DNA from: Squalus acanthias
Lineage: Eukaryota
Assembly: GCA_030390025.1 (NCBI GenBank)
Contig: JASTWF010000336.1
Location: 496,001-530,005 of the forward strand
Reading direction: 5' to 3'
Length of the DNA stretch: 34,005 bases
Position 1 is the first letter of the stretch. Each line of letters begins with the position of its first letter. Below, in pieces: positions 1 to 10,279 of this stretch. A program made the position numbers and the translations under genes. The notes under the pieces are model-generated. The model was not told the DNA's origin, searched no databases, and saw only the letters and a list, made by a program, of their open reading frames with translations.

Positions 1-716
1 TTCTACCAGTTACATCCTCAAAAAATTCCAGTAGGTTTGTCAAATACGATTTCCCTTTCATAAATCTATGTTGAATTTGTCTAATCCCGTTGATATTTTC
101 TAAGTGTCCTGTTATCACATCCTGTATAATAGACTCTAGCATTTTCCCTACTACTGATGTTAGGCTAACCGGTCTGTAGTTCCCTGTTTTCTCTCTCGCA
201 CCTTTTTTAAATAGTAGGGTTACATTTGCCACCCTCCAATCTGCAGGAACTGTTCCATAATCTATAGAATTTTGGAAGATGACAACCGATGCATCCACTA
301 TTTCCATGGCTACCTCTTTTAGTACTCTGGGATGCAGATTATCAGGCCCTGGGGATTTATCGGCTTTCTGTCCCATTAATTTCTCCAGCACTATTTTTTT
401 ACGAATACTAATTTCCTTTCAGTCCTCCTTCTCACTAGACCCTTGGGTCCTTAGCATTTCTGGGAAGTTATTTGTGTTCTCTTCCATGAAGACAGAAGCA
501 AAGTATTTGTTTAATTGCTCTGCTATTTCCTTGTTCCCCATTATAAATTATCTCGTTTCTGACTGTAAGGGACCTACATTTGTCTTCACTAATCTTTTTC
601 TTTTTACATACTTGTAGAAGCTTTTACAATCTGCTTTTATGTTCCTTGCAAGCTTACTCTCATACTCTATTTTTCCCCTCTTAGTCAATCTCTTGTTCCT
701 TTTTTGCTGAACTCTA
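1..716 (-). mobile_element. CR1-clade LINE ORF2 fragment (region upstream of and into the RT domain), runs off the window start
   Basis: The reverse complement of 1-60 encodes GKSYLTNLLEFFEDVT, and NYRPVSLTSVVGK follows at about 140-180. Both are homologous to the CR1 ORF2 at 11818-13648. The + ORF 279-617 is its antisense shadow. Confidence 0.9.
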
Positions 717-952
717 AAGGGTGGTGAATCTTTGGAATTCTCTATCCCAGAGGGCTTTGGAAGCTCAGTTGTTGAGTATATTCAAGACAGAGATCGATCG
801 ATTTTTGAATATTAAGGGAAACAAGGGATATGGGGATAGTTCAGGAAAGTGGAGTTGAGGTAGAAGATCAGCCATGATCTTATTGAATGGTGGAGCAGAC
901 TCAAAGGGCCAAATGGCCGACTCCTGCTCTTATTTCTTATGTTCTTATGTTC
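717..952 (+). mobile_element. CR1 LINE 3' end with (TCTTATGT)n tail
   Basis: Encodes RVVNLWNSL..., then the 3' UTR GATCAGCCATGATCTTATTGAATGGTGGAGCAG...CTCCTGCTC and an octamer tail at about 935-951. Homologous to the 3' end of the CR1 at 11818-12070. Confidence 0.9.
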
Positions 953-1024
953 TAATTGATTGTTGTACCTGCATGTTAAATTTCTGCAATTCATGTAAAA
1001 GGACACTCAAATCCCTCTGAATAG

Positions 1025-2713
1025 GGACAGAGGAAAACCCACACTCACATACCAGAGACTGTCAGGGACAGAGTAAAATCCTCAATCATATAACAGAAAC
1101 TGACAGATACATCATACAATCCACTCACACATACCAGAAACCAACAGGTACAAAATAAAGCCCACACTCACATACCAGACACTGACTGGTACAAAGAAAA
1201 ACCCACACTCACATCCCAGAGACAGACAGGTACAGAGTAAAACACACACACGTGGCAGAAACTGACAACTACAGACGGAAACCCACACTCACATCCCAGA
1301 GACATAAGAATTAGAAGCAGGAGTAGACCGTACGGCCCCTCGAGCCTCACAGATACAGAATAAAGCCACAGTCACACACCAGAGACTGTCAGGTACAGAA
1401 TTACCACCCACTCTTCCATACCAGAAACTGACGGGTAAAGATTAAAACCAACCCTCGGAAACCAGAAACTGACAGATATAGAAAAAAAAACACCCTCGCA
1501 CACCACAGACTAACAGATACAGAGTAAAATCCACATTCACGTACCAGAGACTGACAGGTACAGATTGAATCACACACTGACACAGAGTATCAGAGGGTGA
1601 CAGACACAGAATGGATCCCACACTCACATACAGTACCAGAAAATGATAGACAAAATGAATCCCATACTGGCACTGATTATGAAAGACTGACTGATACAGA
1701 ATGAATCTCACTCTCACACATAATCCAGAGACTGACAGAGAATGTACCTCACTGTCACAAAAAGTACCAGAAACTGACAAAAACAGAATCAATCACACAA
1801 TGACAAGAGTATCAGAGACAGACATACAGAATGATTCTTACTCTCACACACAGTACCGGAGACTGAGAGACACAGCATTAATCTAAATCTCACATGGAGC
1901 TCCAGAGACTGACAGAAACAGAATTAACCTCACTCTCACATACAGTATCAGAGACTGTCATTTACAGAATTAATCTAACTGTCACATACAGTATCAGAGA
2001 CTGACAGACCCAGAATTAATCTATCTCTCACATACAGTATCAGAGACTGACAGACCCAGAATTAATCTATCTCTCACATACAGTATCAGAGACTGACAGA
2101 CCCAGAATTAATCTATCTCTCACATACAGTATCAGAGACTGACAGACCCAGAATTAATCTATCTCTCACATACAGTATCAGAGACTGACAGATACAGAAA
2201 GTACCTCTTTGTCACATACAGTACTAGACACTGACCAATACAGAATCAATCACACACCGACACAGAGTATCAGAGACTGACATACAGAATGATTCTCAGT
2301 CACACACATTACCAGAGACTGACAGATACACACCTCATTGTCAGTGTGTGATGAATACTGGATTTGTCAGTCTCTGGTACTGTATGTGACAAAGAGTATC
2401 TAAGTCTGAGAGATAAAGATTGGATATAACTCTCACATACAGTACTAGAGATTAACAGAGCCAGAATTAATCTATCTCTCAAATAAGGTATCAGAGACTG
2501 ATAGTTATGGAATGATTCTCAAATTCTCATGCCGTGCCAGAAACTGACTGATATAGAATACATCTCCCTCTCTCATACAGTATCAGAGACTGACAGATAC
2601 AGAATGAATCCCACACTTACATACAGCACCAGAGAATGACAGATACTGAATTAATCTAAATCTCTCATACAGAATCATAAACTGACAGAGAGAATGAATC
2701 TCACATTAACACA
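1025..2713 (+). repeat. Satellite array, about 41-bp units grading into 46-bp units
   Basis: CCAGAGACTGACAG core recurs at 1052, 1093, 1134 (41-bp period). Near-perfect 46-bp units CAGAGACTGACAGACCCAGAATTAATCTATCTCTCACATACAGTAT occupy about 1995-2190. Confidence 0.9.
1302..1347 (-). mobile_element. Very short CR1 or CR1-dependent SINE 3' end fragment inside the satellite
   Basis: ACATAAGAATTAGAAGCAGGAGTAGACCGTACGGCCCCTCGAGCCT matches the reverse complement of the CR1 3' terminus (compare 8624-8680 and 11834-11880). Confidence 0.75.
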
Positions 2714-4318
2714 TTTAGCATTGAGAGGGAGGAGGTACTAACGGTTTTAGCGGGCTTAAAAGTGGATAAATCCCCAGGCCCAAATGAGATGTATCCCAGG
2801 CTGCTGTGTGAGGCAAGGGAGGAGATTGCAGGGGCTCTGACACAAATTTTCAGAACCTCTCTGGCCACAGGGGAGGTACCAGAGGACTGCTAACGTACTA
2901 CCATTATTCAAGAAGGGTAGTAGGGATAAACCAGGGAATTACAGGCCAGTGAGCCTAACATCAGTGGTAGGGAAATTATTGGAAAAAATTCTGAGGGACA
3001 GAATTAGTCTCCACTTGGAGAGGCAAGGATTAATCAAGGATAGTCAGCATGGCTTTGTCAGGGGGAGATCATGTCGAACCAATTTGATTGAATTTTTCGA
3101 GGGGGTGACTAGGTGTGTGGATGAGGGTAGTGCAGTTGATGTAGTCTACATGGACTTCAGTAAGGCTTTTGACAAAGTTCCGCATGGGAGACTGGTCAAG
3201 AAGGTAAGAGCCCAGGGCAATTGGCACATTGGATCCAAAATTGGTTTAGTGGCATTAGGCAGAGGGTGATGGTCGAAGGTTGTTTTTGTGACTGGAAGCC
3301 TGTGTCCAGTGGTGTACCGCAGGGATCGGTGCTGGGTACCTTGCTGTTTGTAGTGTACATTAATGATTTAGATATGAATGTAGGAGGTATGATCAGTAAG
3401 TTCGCAGATGACACAAAAATTGGTGGAGTGGTAAATAGCGAGGAGGGAAGCCTCAGGCTACAGGACGATATAGACGGGTTAGTCAGATGGGCAGAATAGT
3501 GGCAAATGGAATTTAACCCTGAAAAGTGTGAGGTGATGCATTTTGGGAGGACTAACAAGGCAAGGGAATACACAATGAATGGTAGGACCCTAGGAAGGAC
3601 AGAGGATCAGAGGGACCTTGGTGTGCATGTACATAGATCCCTGAAGGCAGCAGGACAGGTAGATAAGGTGGTTAAGAAGGCATATGGGATACTTGCCTTC
3701 ATTAGCCGAGGCATAGAATGTAAGAGCAGGGAGGTTATGATGGAGCTGTACAAAACGCTAGTTAGGCCACAGCTGGAATAACGTGTGCAGTTCTGGTCAC
3801 CACACTATAGGAAGGATGTGATTGCATTGGAGAGGGTGCAGAGGAGATTCACCAGGATGTTACCTGGGCTGGAGCATTTCAGCTAAGAAGAGAGACTGGA
3901 CAGGCTGGGGTTGTTTTCCTTAGAGCAGAGAAGGCTGAGGGGGGACCTGATTGAGGTGTACAAAATTATGAGGGGCATGGATAGGGTAGATAGAAAGGAA
4001 CTTTTTCCCTTAGTAGAGGGGTCAATAACCAGGGGGCAGAGTTTCAAGGTAAGGGGCAGGAGGTTTAGAGGGGATTTGAGGAAAAACTTTTCACCCAGGG
4101 AGTGGTTGGAATCTGGAACTCACTGCCTGAAAGGGTGGTAGAGGCAGGAACCCTCACAACATTCAAGAAGCATTTAGATGAGCACTTGAAACGCCATAGC
4201 ATACAAGGCTACGGACCAAGTGCTGGACAATGGGATTAGAATAGATAGGGCTTGATGGCCGGTGCGGACACGATGGGCCGAAGGGCCTCTTTCTGTGCTG
4301 TATAACTCTGACTCTATG
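2714..4318 (+). mobile_element. 5'-truncated, decayed CR1 LINE (RT pseudogene) inserted in the satellite
   Basis: Motifs DKSPGP, NYRPVSLTSVVGK, DFSKAFDKVPH, SGVPQGSVLG and KFADDTK. In-frame stops at 3497 and 3779 and a frameshift near 3215. Ends in an ACTCT(AT)G tail, after which the satellite resumes mid-unit. Confidence 0.93.
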
Positions 4319-4723
4319 ACAGAGTATGAGAGACAGACAGGTACAGAATGAATTCCACACTCTATACAGGACCAGAAAATGATAGAGACAAAATGAATCC
4401 CACTCTGATACAGCGTATTAAAGATTGACTGATACAGCATGAATCTCACGCTCACACATAATACCAGAGACTAACAGATACAGAATGTATCTCACTGTCA
4501 CATACAGTACCAGATAGTGACAGAGAGAATTAAACTAACTCTCACATACAGTATCATAGACTGACAGGTACAGAATAAATCCCAAACTCGCATGCCATAC
4601 CAGGAATTGACAGATATAGAATAAATCTCAATCTCACATACAGTATCACAGATTGGCAGAGAGAGAGAATGAATCTCACACTGACACAGAGTATCAGAGG
4701 ATGACAGACACAGAATTAATACA
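4319..4723 (+). repeat. Satellite array (about 46-bp unit), continuation
   Basis: Same CAGAGACTGACAGATACAGAAT...CTCACATACAGTA units as 1025-2713. Confidence 0.88.
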
Positions 4724-5597
4724 GAAAGCACTGCTCCCTCCGCGACACCCTGGTCCACTCCTCTATCACCCCTAACACCCCTTCCCCTTCGCCCGGCACC
4801 TTCCCGTGCAAGCGCAGGAGATGCAACACCTGCCCTTCTCCCTCCACCCTTCCTACTGTCCGGGGCCCCAAACACTCCTTCCAGGTGAAACAGCGATTTA
4901 CTTGTACTTCTTGCAATTTAGTATACTGCATTCCCTGCTCACGATGCGGTCTCCTCTACACTGGGGAGACCAAACGCAGATTGGGTGAGCACTTTGCGGA
5001 ACACCTCCGTTCAGTCCGTAAGGGTGACCCCGAGCTTCCGGTGACCTGTCACTTTAATTCTCCGCTCCGCTCCGCTCCCACTCAGACCTCACCGTCCTCG
5101 GCCTCTTACACTGTTCCAATGAAGCTCAACGTAAGCTCGAGGAACAGCACCTCATCTTTCGATAAGGCACTTCACAGCCTTCTGGACTCAACATCGAGTT
5201 CAACAATTTCAGACCATAACCTTTTTTTCCCATTTTTTTATCTCTCTCTCCCACATGGCAGCTGTCTTTCATTCTACCAGTGCCATTTACACTTCATCTA
5301 GAGCCATCTTTTGTTTCTTAACTTGTCCCATTACCATCTCCTTTTGCCTTGCACCATCTCTTAATCTCTCTCAATGTCTCTTAATCTCTCCTGCCTTCCA
5401 TCCTATCACAGTCCTTCCCATTTGTTCTTTCCTCCCCTCTCCCTTTTCCCTGCCCCTGCACTTGCTTAAAAACCTGTTCCATCTCCAGTTTTTTCCAGTT
5501 CTGACGAAGGGTCATCGACCTGAAACGTTAACTCTGTTTCTCTCTCCACAGATGCTGCCTGACCTGCTGAGTATTTCCAACTTTTTCTGTTTCTATT
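4724..5597 (+). mobile_element. 5'-truncated Penelope-like retroelement: GIY-YIG endonuclease C-terminus plus terminal repeat
   Basis: Encodes FTCTSCNLVYCIPCSRCGLLYTGETKRRLGEHFAEH, a PLE-type GIY-YIG with CxxC. Bounded by a 14-bp direct repeat ACAGAATTAATACA at 4710-4723 and 5598-5611. Contains a hammerhead core. Confidence 0.88.
5497..5533 (+). ncRNA. Minimal type I hammerhead ribozyme in the Penelope-like element
   Basis: AGTT-[CTGACGA]-AGGGTC ATC GACCT-[GAAA]-C-GTT-AACT: conserved cores, stem II with one bulge, stem I AGTT/AACT, and palindromic AACGTT in place of a full stem III. Confidence 0.8.
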
Positions 5598-6445
5598 ACA
5601 GAATTAATACACATTTGTATACAGTACCAGAAAATTATAGAAAAAATTAACCACACATTAAAGACTGATTGGTACAGAATGAATCTCACTCTCACGTACA
5701 GCACCAGAGATTGACAGATATATAATTACTCTAACACACACCTACAGAACATAGACTGACAGACAGAGAATTATTCTCACGCTGACACAGAGTATCAGAG
5801 CCCATGACAGATACAGAATGAGTACACAATCATATGCAGTACGATTGATTTACAGATCGATTCAGTGCCACACTGACAAAGTACCAGATACTAGCAGAAA
5901 TGGAATGAATCTCAAACTAACATCAAGTACCAGAGACTGATAGATACAGTACGAATCCCACATTCATAAACCGAGTGAGTAGCAGATTCATGTGGAATCC
6001 TTTGCTGAAATACAGTACCAGAGACAGACTGATTCAGAACTAATCTGACACTAACATACAATACCAGAGACTGACTGATAGAGAATGAATCACACACTCA
6101 CACACAGTACCAGAGACTGACAGATACAGAATGAATCTCAGACTCGCACGGCCCAGTGACAGACAGATAAAGAATTAATTTCACACACACATACAGTACC
6201 AGAGAATGACAGATTCAGAATGAATCCCAACACTGTCACACGGTACCAGAGTCTGTCGGATACAGATGGAATCCCACCCTGACACATGGTACCAGTGACG
6301 GACAGGAAACGAATGGATCCCACACTCCGAGTGTAACAGAGACTGAGATTGAGAATGATCCCCACATTTACATAAATCACCAGAGACTGAGTGATACAGA
6401 ACTATTCCCACACACACAGTACTGGAGACTGACAGATACTGAACT
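5598..6445 (+). repeat. Satellite array (about 46-bp unit), more diverged continuation
   Basis: Recurrent AGTACCAGAGACTGACAGATACAGAATGAATC units. Confidence 0.85.
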
Positions 6446-6447
6446 AA

Positions 6448-6555
6448 AGTGGCGGAGACCACACCTCAAGGCGTGAATATAGTGCACAGGTTGGAGGAAG
6501 TACATCTAAATTGCTGTCTCGTCCGAAGGAGTGCTTGGGGCCCTGGATAATGGTC
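6448..6555 (-). mobile_element. Decayed Penelope-like GIY-YIG fragment
   Basis: GAAGTACATCTAAATTGCTGTCTCGTCCGAAGGAGTGCTTGGGGCCCTGGA aligns by eye with the reverse complement of about 4855-4960. Confidence 0.65.
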
Positions 6556-6647
6556 TGGGAAATGGGGAATGGGCCGATGATGCTCTCTCTGCTCTTGGAA
6601 TGACCTTTCTGACTGCAGGGGGAACTCTGGTGGCAAACACTAAATCT

Positions 6648-6780
6648 GATTGGATACATAAAGAAGCCAATCAGAGAGATGCAGAACAATGGAAATTGAC
6701 ATCACTCCTAGCCAGCCAATAAAAATCATTGCCTTCACCAATCCCTCATTAGCATAGCACTGTGGGGCTGCCTATTTAAT
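6648..6780 (+). promoter_or_regulatory. H2B promoter: CCAAT boxes, octamer-like H2B box, TATA-like element
   Basis: ATTGG at about 6649, CCAAT at about 6667, 6716 and 6738, ATTAGCAT at 6748-6755 (one mismatch to the ATTTGCAT octamer), TATTTAA at 6773. Confidence 0.75.
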
Positions 6781-6831
6781 CCGAGCGCGGAGCGGATTCG
6801 CGTCATTTTGTGTCTGAAATCGAGTTTGAGA

Positions 6832-7209
6832 ATGGTTGATGAAAAGAAGAAACCAGTTGCCAAGAAGGGCGCCAAGAAAACCGTCACTAAACCGGCAGCG
6901 AAGGGCGGCAAGAAGCGCAGAAAGTCGAGGAAGGAGAGTTACTCCATCTACATCTACAAAGTGATGAAGCAGGTTCACCCCGACACCGGCATCTCCTCCA
7001 AGGCCATGAGCATCATGAACTCGTTTGTGAACGATATTTTCGAGCGCATCGCGGGTGAGGCTTCCCGCCTGGCCCATTACAACAAGCGGCACACCATCAG
7101 CTCCCGGGAGATCCAGACCGCCGTGCGCCTGCTGCTGCCCGGGGAGCTGGCCAAGCACGCCGTGTCGGAAGGGACAAAGGCGGTGACCAAATACACCAGC
7201 TCCAAGTAA
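6832..7209 (+). CDS. H2B: Histone H2B, replication-dependent, 125 aa
   Basis: [27 protein letters not shown]...AVTKYTSSK. The true ATG is at 6832 (the ORF track starts at an upstream TTG). Intronless, with a downstream stem-loop. Confidence 0.98.
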   Translation: MVDEKKKPVAKKGAKKTVTKPAAKGGKKRRKSRKESYSIYIYKVMKQVHPDTGISSKAMSIMNSFVNDIFERIAGEASRLAHYNKRHTISSREIQTAVRLLLPGELAKHAVSEGTKAVTKYTSSK

Positions 7210-7249
7210 AACTCCACGTTGTCCTTAACCAACAAACCCAAAACACAAT

Positions 7250-7288
7250 GGCTCTTTTAAGAGCCACCCACAACCTCTTTGAAAGAGC
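7250..7288 (+). terminator. Histone mRNA 3' stem-loop and U7-binding downstream element (H2B)
   Basis: GGCTCTTTTAAGAGCC at 7250-7265, then ACCCA, then purine-rich GAAAGAGC at 7281-7288. Confidence 0.95.
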
Positions 7289-7569
7289 GACACAAACGCA
7301 TCGCCCTTTAGATTCAATTTACTGTCATTATTTCCTTAACAAGTGTGTCTCAGATGGTTTGAAGTTCCAGCTGTAGATTTAGTTTTGAATTGTCAGATAA
7401 GCAATTTCATTGTCCGGTTCGACCTCAGCGTCGCTGTTGAATTTCCCGCCCAGTGAACTCCAAACACGGTCCCTGGTGGCTCTTTTCCCTTTGCTCTCAG
7501 ACCCGTTCATTTCCAGCGCCTGCCGACGAATTAAAAGCTTGTTTTAGGGATGAGACTCGGATTTCAAAC

Positions 7570-7617
7570 GGGCCGAATGGCCTCCTACTGCGCTGTAACC
7601 ATTCCGTGATTCTATAA
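7570..7617 (+). mobile_element. Short CR1/SINE 3' end remnant in the H2B-H4 spacer
   Basis: GGGCCGAATGGCCTCCTACTGCGCTGTAACCATTCCGTGATTCTA resembles the CR1 terminus at 4275-4318. Confidence 0.6.
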
Positions 7618-7862
7618 TAGATTTGAAGTGCAGCGGGACACATTTAATGAATTTTAATTGTATTGTCCCGCTATTGCTTTTCTATAAATCCTTGAATATC
7701 AAGATTTATCTGAATCTGTATTAAGCTCTTGTGAAGATTTTAAAGAGGATTGTAAGTTCAACTTGGAGAGGTTGTTGGAAGCTCAGAACCCTTTCTCTCA
7801 CTCTGAATCTACCTCCTCCCTTTCCCCGTGCTCTCTGCTCTGTCTCGTATTCAAACACCCTT

Positions 7863-7920
7863 CCGCCCCACGCACAGTCTGCCTTTCTCAGCCAGGTCCA
7901 CTCAGGCTGTATAAATAAAG
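7863..7920 (+). promoter_or_regulatory. H4 promoter: GC box, GGTCC element, TATA
   Basis: CCGCCC at 7863, AGGTCC at about 7894, TATAAATA at about 7909, 60 bp before the ATG. Confidence 0.7.
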
Positions 7921-7961
7921 CTGTAAGGCGAGACCTTCTCATTTAGCGACGATTTGAGTGA

Positions 7962-8282
<321 letters not shown>

Positions 8283-8316
8283 ACAACTCGACCCTTTCTA
8301 CCAAACACAACACAAA

Positions 8317-8353
8317 GGCTCTTTTAAGAGCCACCCACCGCCTCACAGAGAGC
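8317..8353 (+). terminator. Histone mRNA 3' stem-loop and downstream element (H4)
   Basis: GGCTCTTTTAAGAGCC at 8317-8332, then ACCCA, then CAGAGAGC at about 8346. Confidence 0.95.
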
Positions 8354-8621
8354 AGTGACCTTAGAGCGAGCATAGATCATTGATTTACATTGTATTCGAT
8401 GATTTATATCTTTCTCTTTTAAATCAGAATAGGCCGAATGGCCTTTTTTCATAGACTTGTAGACATTTACGGTACAGAAAAATGTTATTCGACCCATCGT
8501 GTCTACCGGCCTTAGTCTTGTCGGTTGCGGCACTTCTGTACCTGTCAGTTTCTGATCTGGGATTTCTGAGGATGTTGATTTTACTCTCTATCTGTTACTG
8601 TTTGGGATGTGACTGAGAGTT

Positions 8622-9027
8622 AAACATAGAAACATAGAATCTAGGAGCAGGAGTAGGCCATTCGGCCCGTCGAGCCTGCTCCACCATTCAATACGATCAT
8701 GGCTGATCATTCAAATCCAGTACCCTGTCCCTGCTTTAATCCCCACAGTACACATATCCCACCCTACCCCCGTAACCCCACGTATTTAATTCCCCCTAAC
8801 ATATCCCATCCTATCCCCATAACCCCACATATTTAATCCCCCCTAACACTAAGGGTCAATTTATCATAGCCAAATCAACCTAACCCGCACATTTTTGGAC
8901 TGTGGGAGGAAACCGGAGCACCCGGAGGAAACCCACGCAGACACGGGGAGAATGTGCAAACTCCACACAGACAGTCACCCGAGGTCAGATTCGAACCGGG
9001 TCCCTGGCGCTGTGAGGCACCAGTGCT
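8622..9027 (-). mobile_element. tRNA-derived V-SINE (HE1-like) with CR1-derived tail
   Basis: The minus strand reads GCCTCACAGCGCCAGGGACCCGGTTCGAATC (B box at 8988-8997), then the V-domain GTGTGGAGTTTGCACATTCTCCCCGTGTCTGCGTGGGTTTCCTCCGGG, short internal repeats, and a CR1 3' end with a (TTCTATGT)n tail. Family name is from recall. Confidence 0.82.
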
Positions 9028-9090
9028 TTGTATCTCTAGTATGTGAGTGTGGGTTTTCCTCTATAGCGGTCTGTTTCTGGGATGTATCGG

Positions 9091-9295
9091 ATCATAGAAA
9101 TCGTGTCTGTGTGGGCCAAATAAAATCTATCCAGTCAAATCCCACTTTCCAGCTCTTGGTCAGAAGCCTTGCAGTTTACGGCACTTCAAGTGCATATCCA
9201 AGTACTTTTTTTAAATGCGATGAGGGTTTCTGCCTCTGTCACCCTTTGAGCTACAAGTTCCAGACCCCCACCACCCTCTGGGTGAAAAAAAATCT
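9091..9295 (-). mobile_element. Decayed CR1 3' end fragment
   Basis: The reverse complement matches TTTTCACCCAG-G-GTGGT-GG..TGGAACT through GCACTTGAA..GCC at 4088-4240. Confidence 0.75.
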
Positions 9296-9442
9296 CAACG
9301 GATGGAAAGTGTAAACCTCTTCAGGAACTCCCATTCCAGGGTTCGGGTCACACACTCGTTTTATCAGTAATTCGGATGATAATTAACATCCTCTCACTGT
9401 GGCCCATTTAATGAATGATAAAAGCGATTTGTGAAACAATCC

Positions 9443-10205
9443 TGAAGGATCCAGCTTGTTCCCAAAGAACTCTGGGATACTTGACTACATTACCCTCTAC
9501 TTATTTCGGATAGTAGGTTTAGCTAATTAAGGCATATTTGTAGACTGGAAGGTGCCTCCCTCCCCTTATCAAACCTTGGGATATATGTATTCACAACCTC
9601 AGTAGAGCCAGTGTCAAAGCACAGCCTGGCCTCCCAAGAGATAAGGGAGCAATTAACAACCAACACAGTTCCAGGCACGGGGGGTACATCTACTATTCGA
9701 ACCTGGTCGCCCAAGAGATAAGGGAGCAATTAATGACCAACACGGTTCCAGTCATTGAGCATCCAAGCCATTACGGCCTTGAGCCACCCCGCTTTGTCCG
9801 ACAGCTAGGGATAAAATATGTTTTCTCAAACTATAAACTATGCCTGCAAAGGAAGAGATAACAGCAAGAATTTGGGGAGTAGGATGAGGCAACCAACATC
9901 TGTGACTGGCATGGTCAGGGTTCAAGGGGAGGGCCCGACAGTTGAGTGACTAACCATATAACCAATAGAGAGTAACTGTAGTGACACTGTTTGTACGTGT
10001 ACGCCCCATTCTGTAGTAAGTGGGCGGTGCTTATAGAAATGTATAACTTGAATGAACCGTTACTTGTTCCTCAGAGAGTGCGCCCCTAGCTTGAGGAAGC
10101 TGAGTGGCTCTCCCTTGTGCACAAGTCTTTTGTTTATTTTAATAAATTCTGAACTTGTCCTCAATTCCGTCTCCGTCTAGAGTTTCTCCAAATTCGAATC
10201 TAACA
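9443..10205 (+). mobile_element. Probable solo LTR (ERV-like), 763 bp
   Basis: Begins TGAAGG and ends TAACA, flanked by ATCC at 9439-9442 and 10206-10209. Has a 42-bp duplicated block (9633 and 9710), CCAAT at about 9962, TATA-like at about 10032 and AATAAA at 10141. Confidence 0.68.
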
Positions 10206-10234
10206 ATCCCATTTTTGCTGATTTAAATGTTACA

Positions 10235-10279
10235 AAAAGAAGGCTTTCGATAAGGTCCTGCATAAGAGATTAGCGTGCA
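10235..10279 (+). mobile_element. CR1 RT fragment (KAFDKVLHKRLA), left of Tx1 copy A
   Basis: AAGGCTTTCGATAAGGTCCTGCATAAGAGATTAGC; the CR1 reading resumes at 14503 with GAGATTAGC. Confidence 0.7.

Noticed and set aside
1995..2190. Regular repeats resembling a CRISPR array
   Set aside because: Head-to-tail 46-bp units with no unique spacers, no cas genes and a eukaryotic context; it is a satellite.
1168..6462. Short Ser/Val/Cys-rich ORFs on the minus strand
   Set aside because: Translations of the satellite with no domain features.
6808..6831. N-terminal extension of H2B in the ORF track
   Set aside because: Starts at TTG near the expected cap site; the ATG at 6832 gives a normal-length H2B.
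8975..9027. tRNA gene
   Set aside because: Only a B box and partial head are present, directly followed by the V-SINE body; no cloverleaf.
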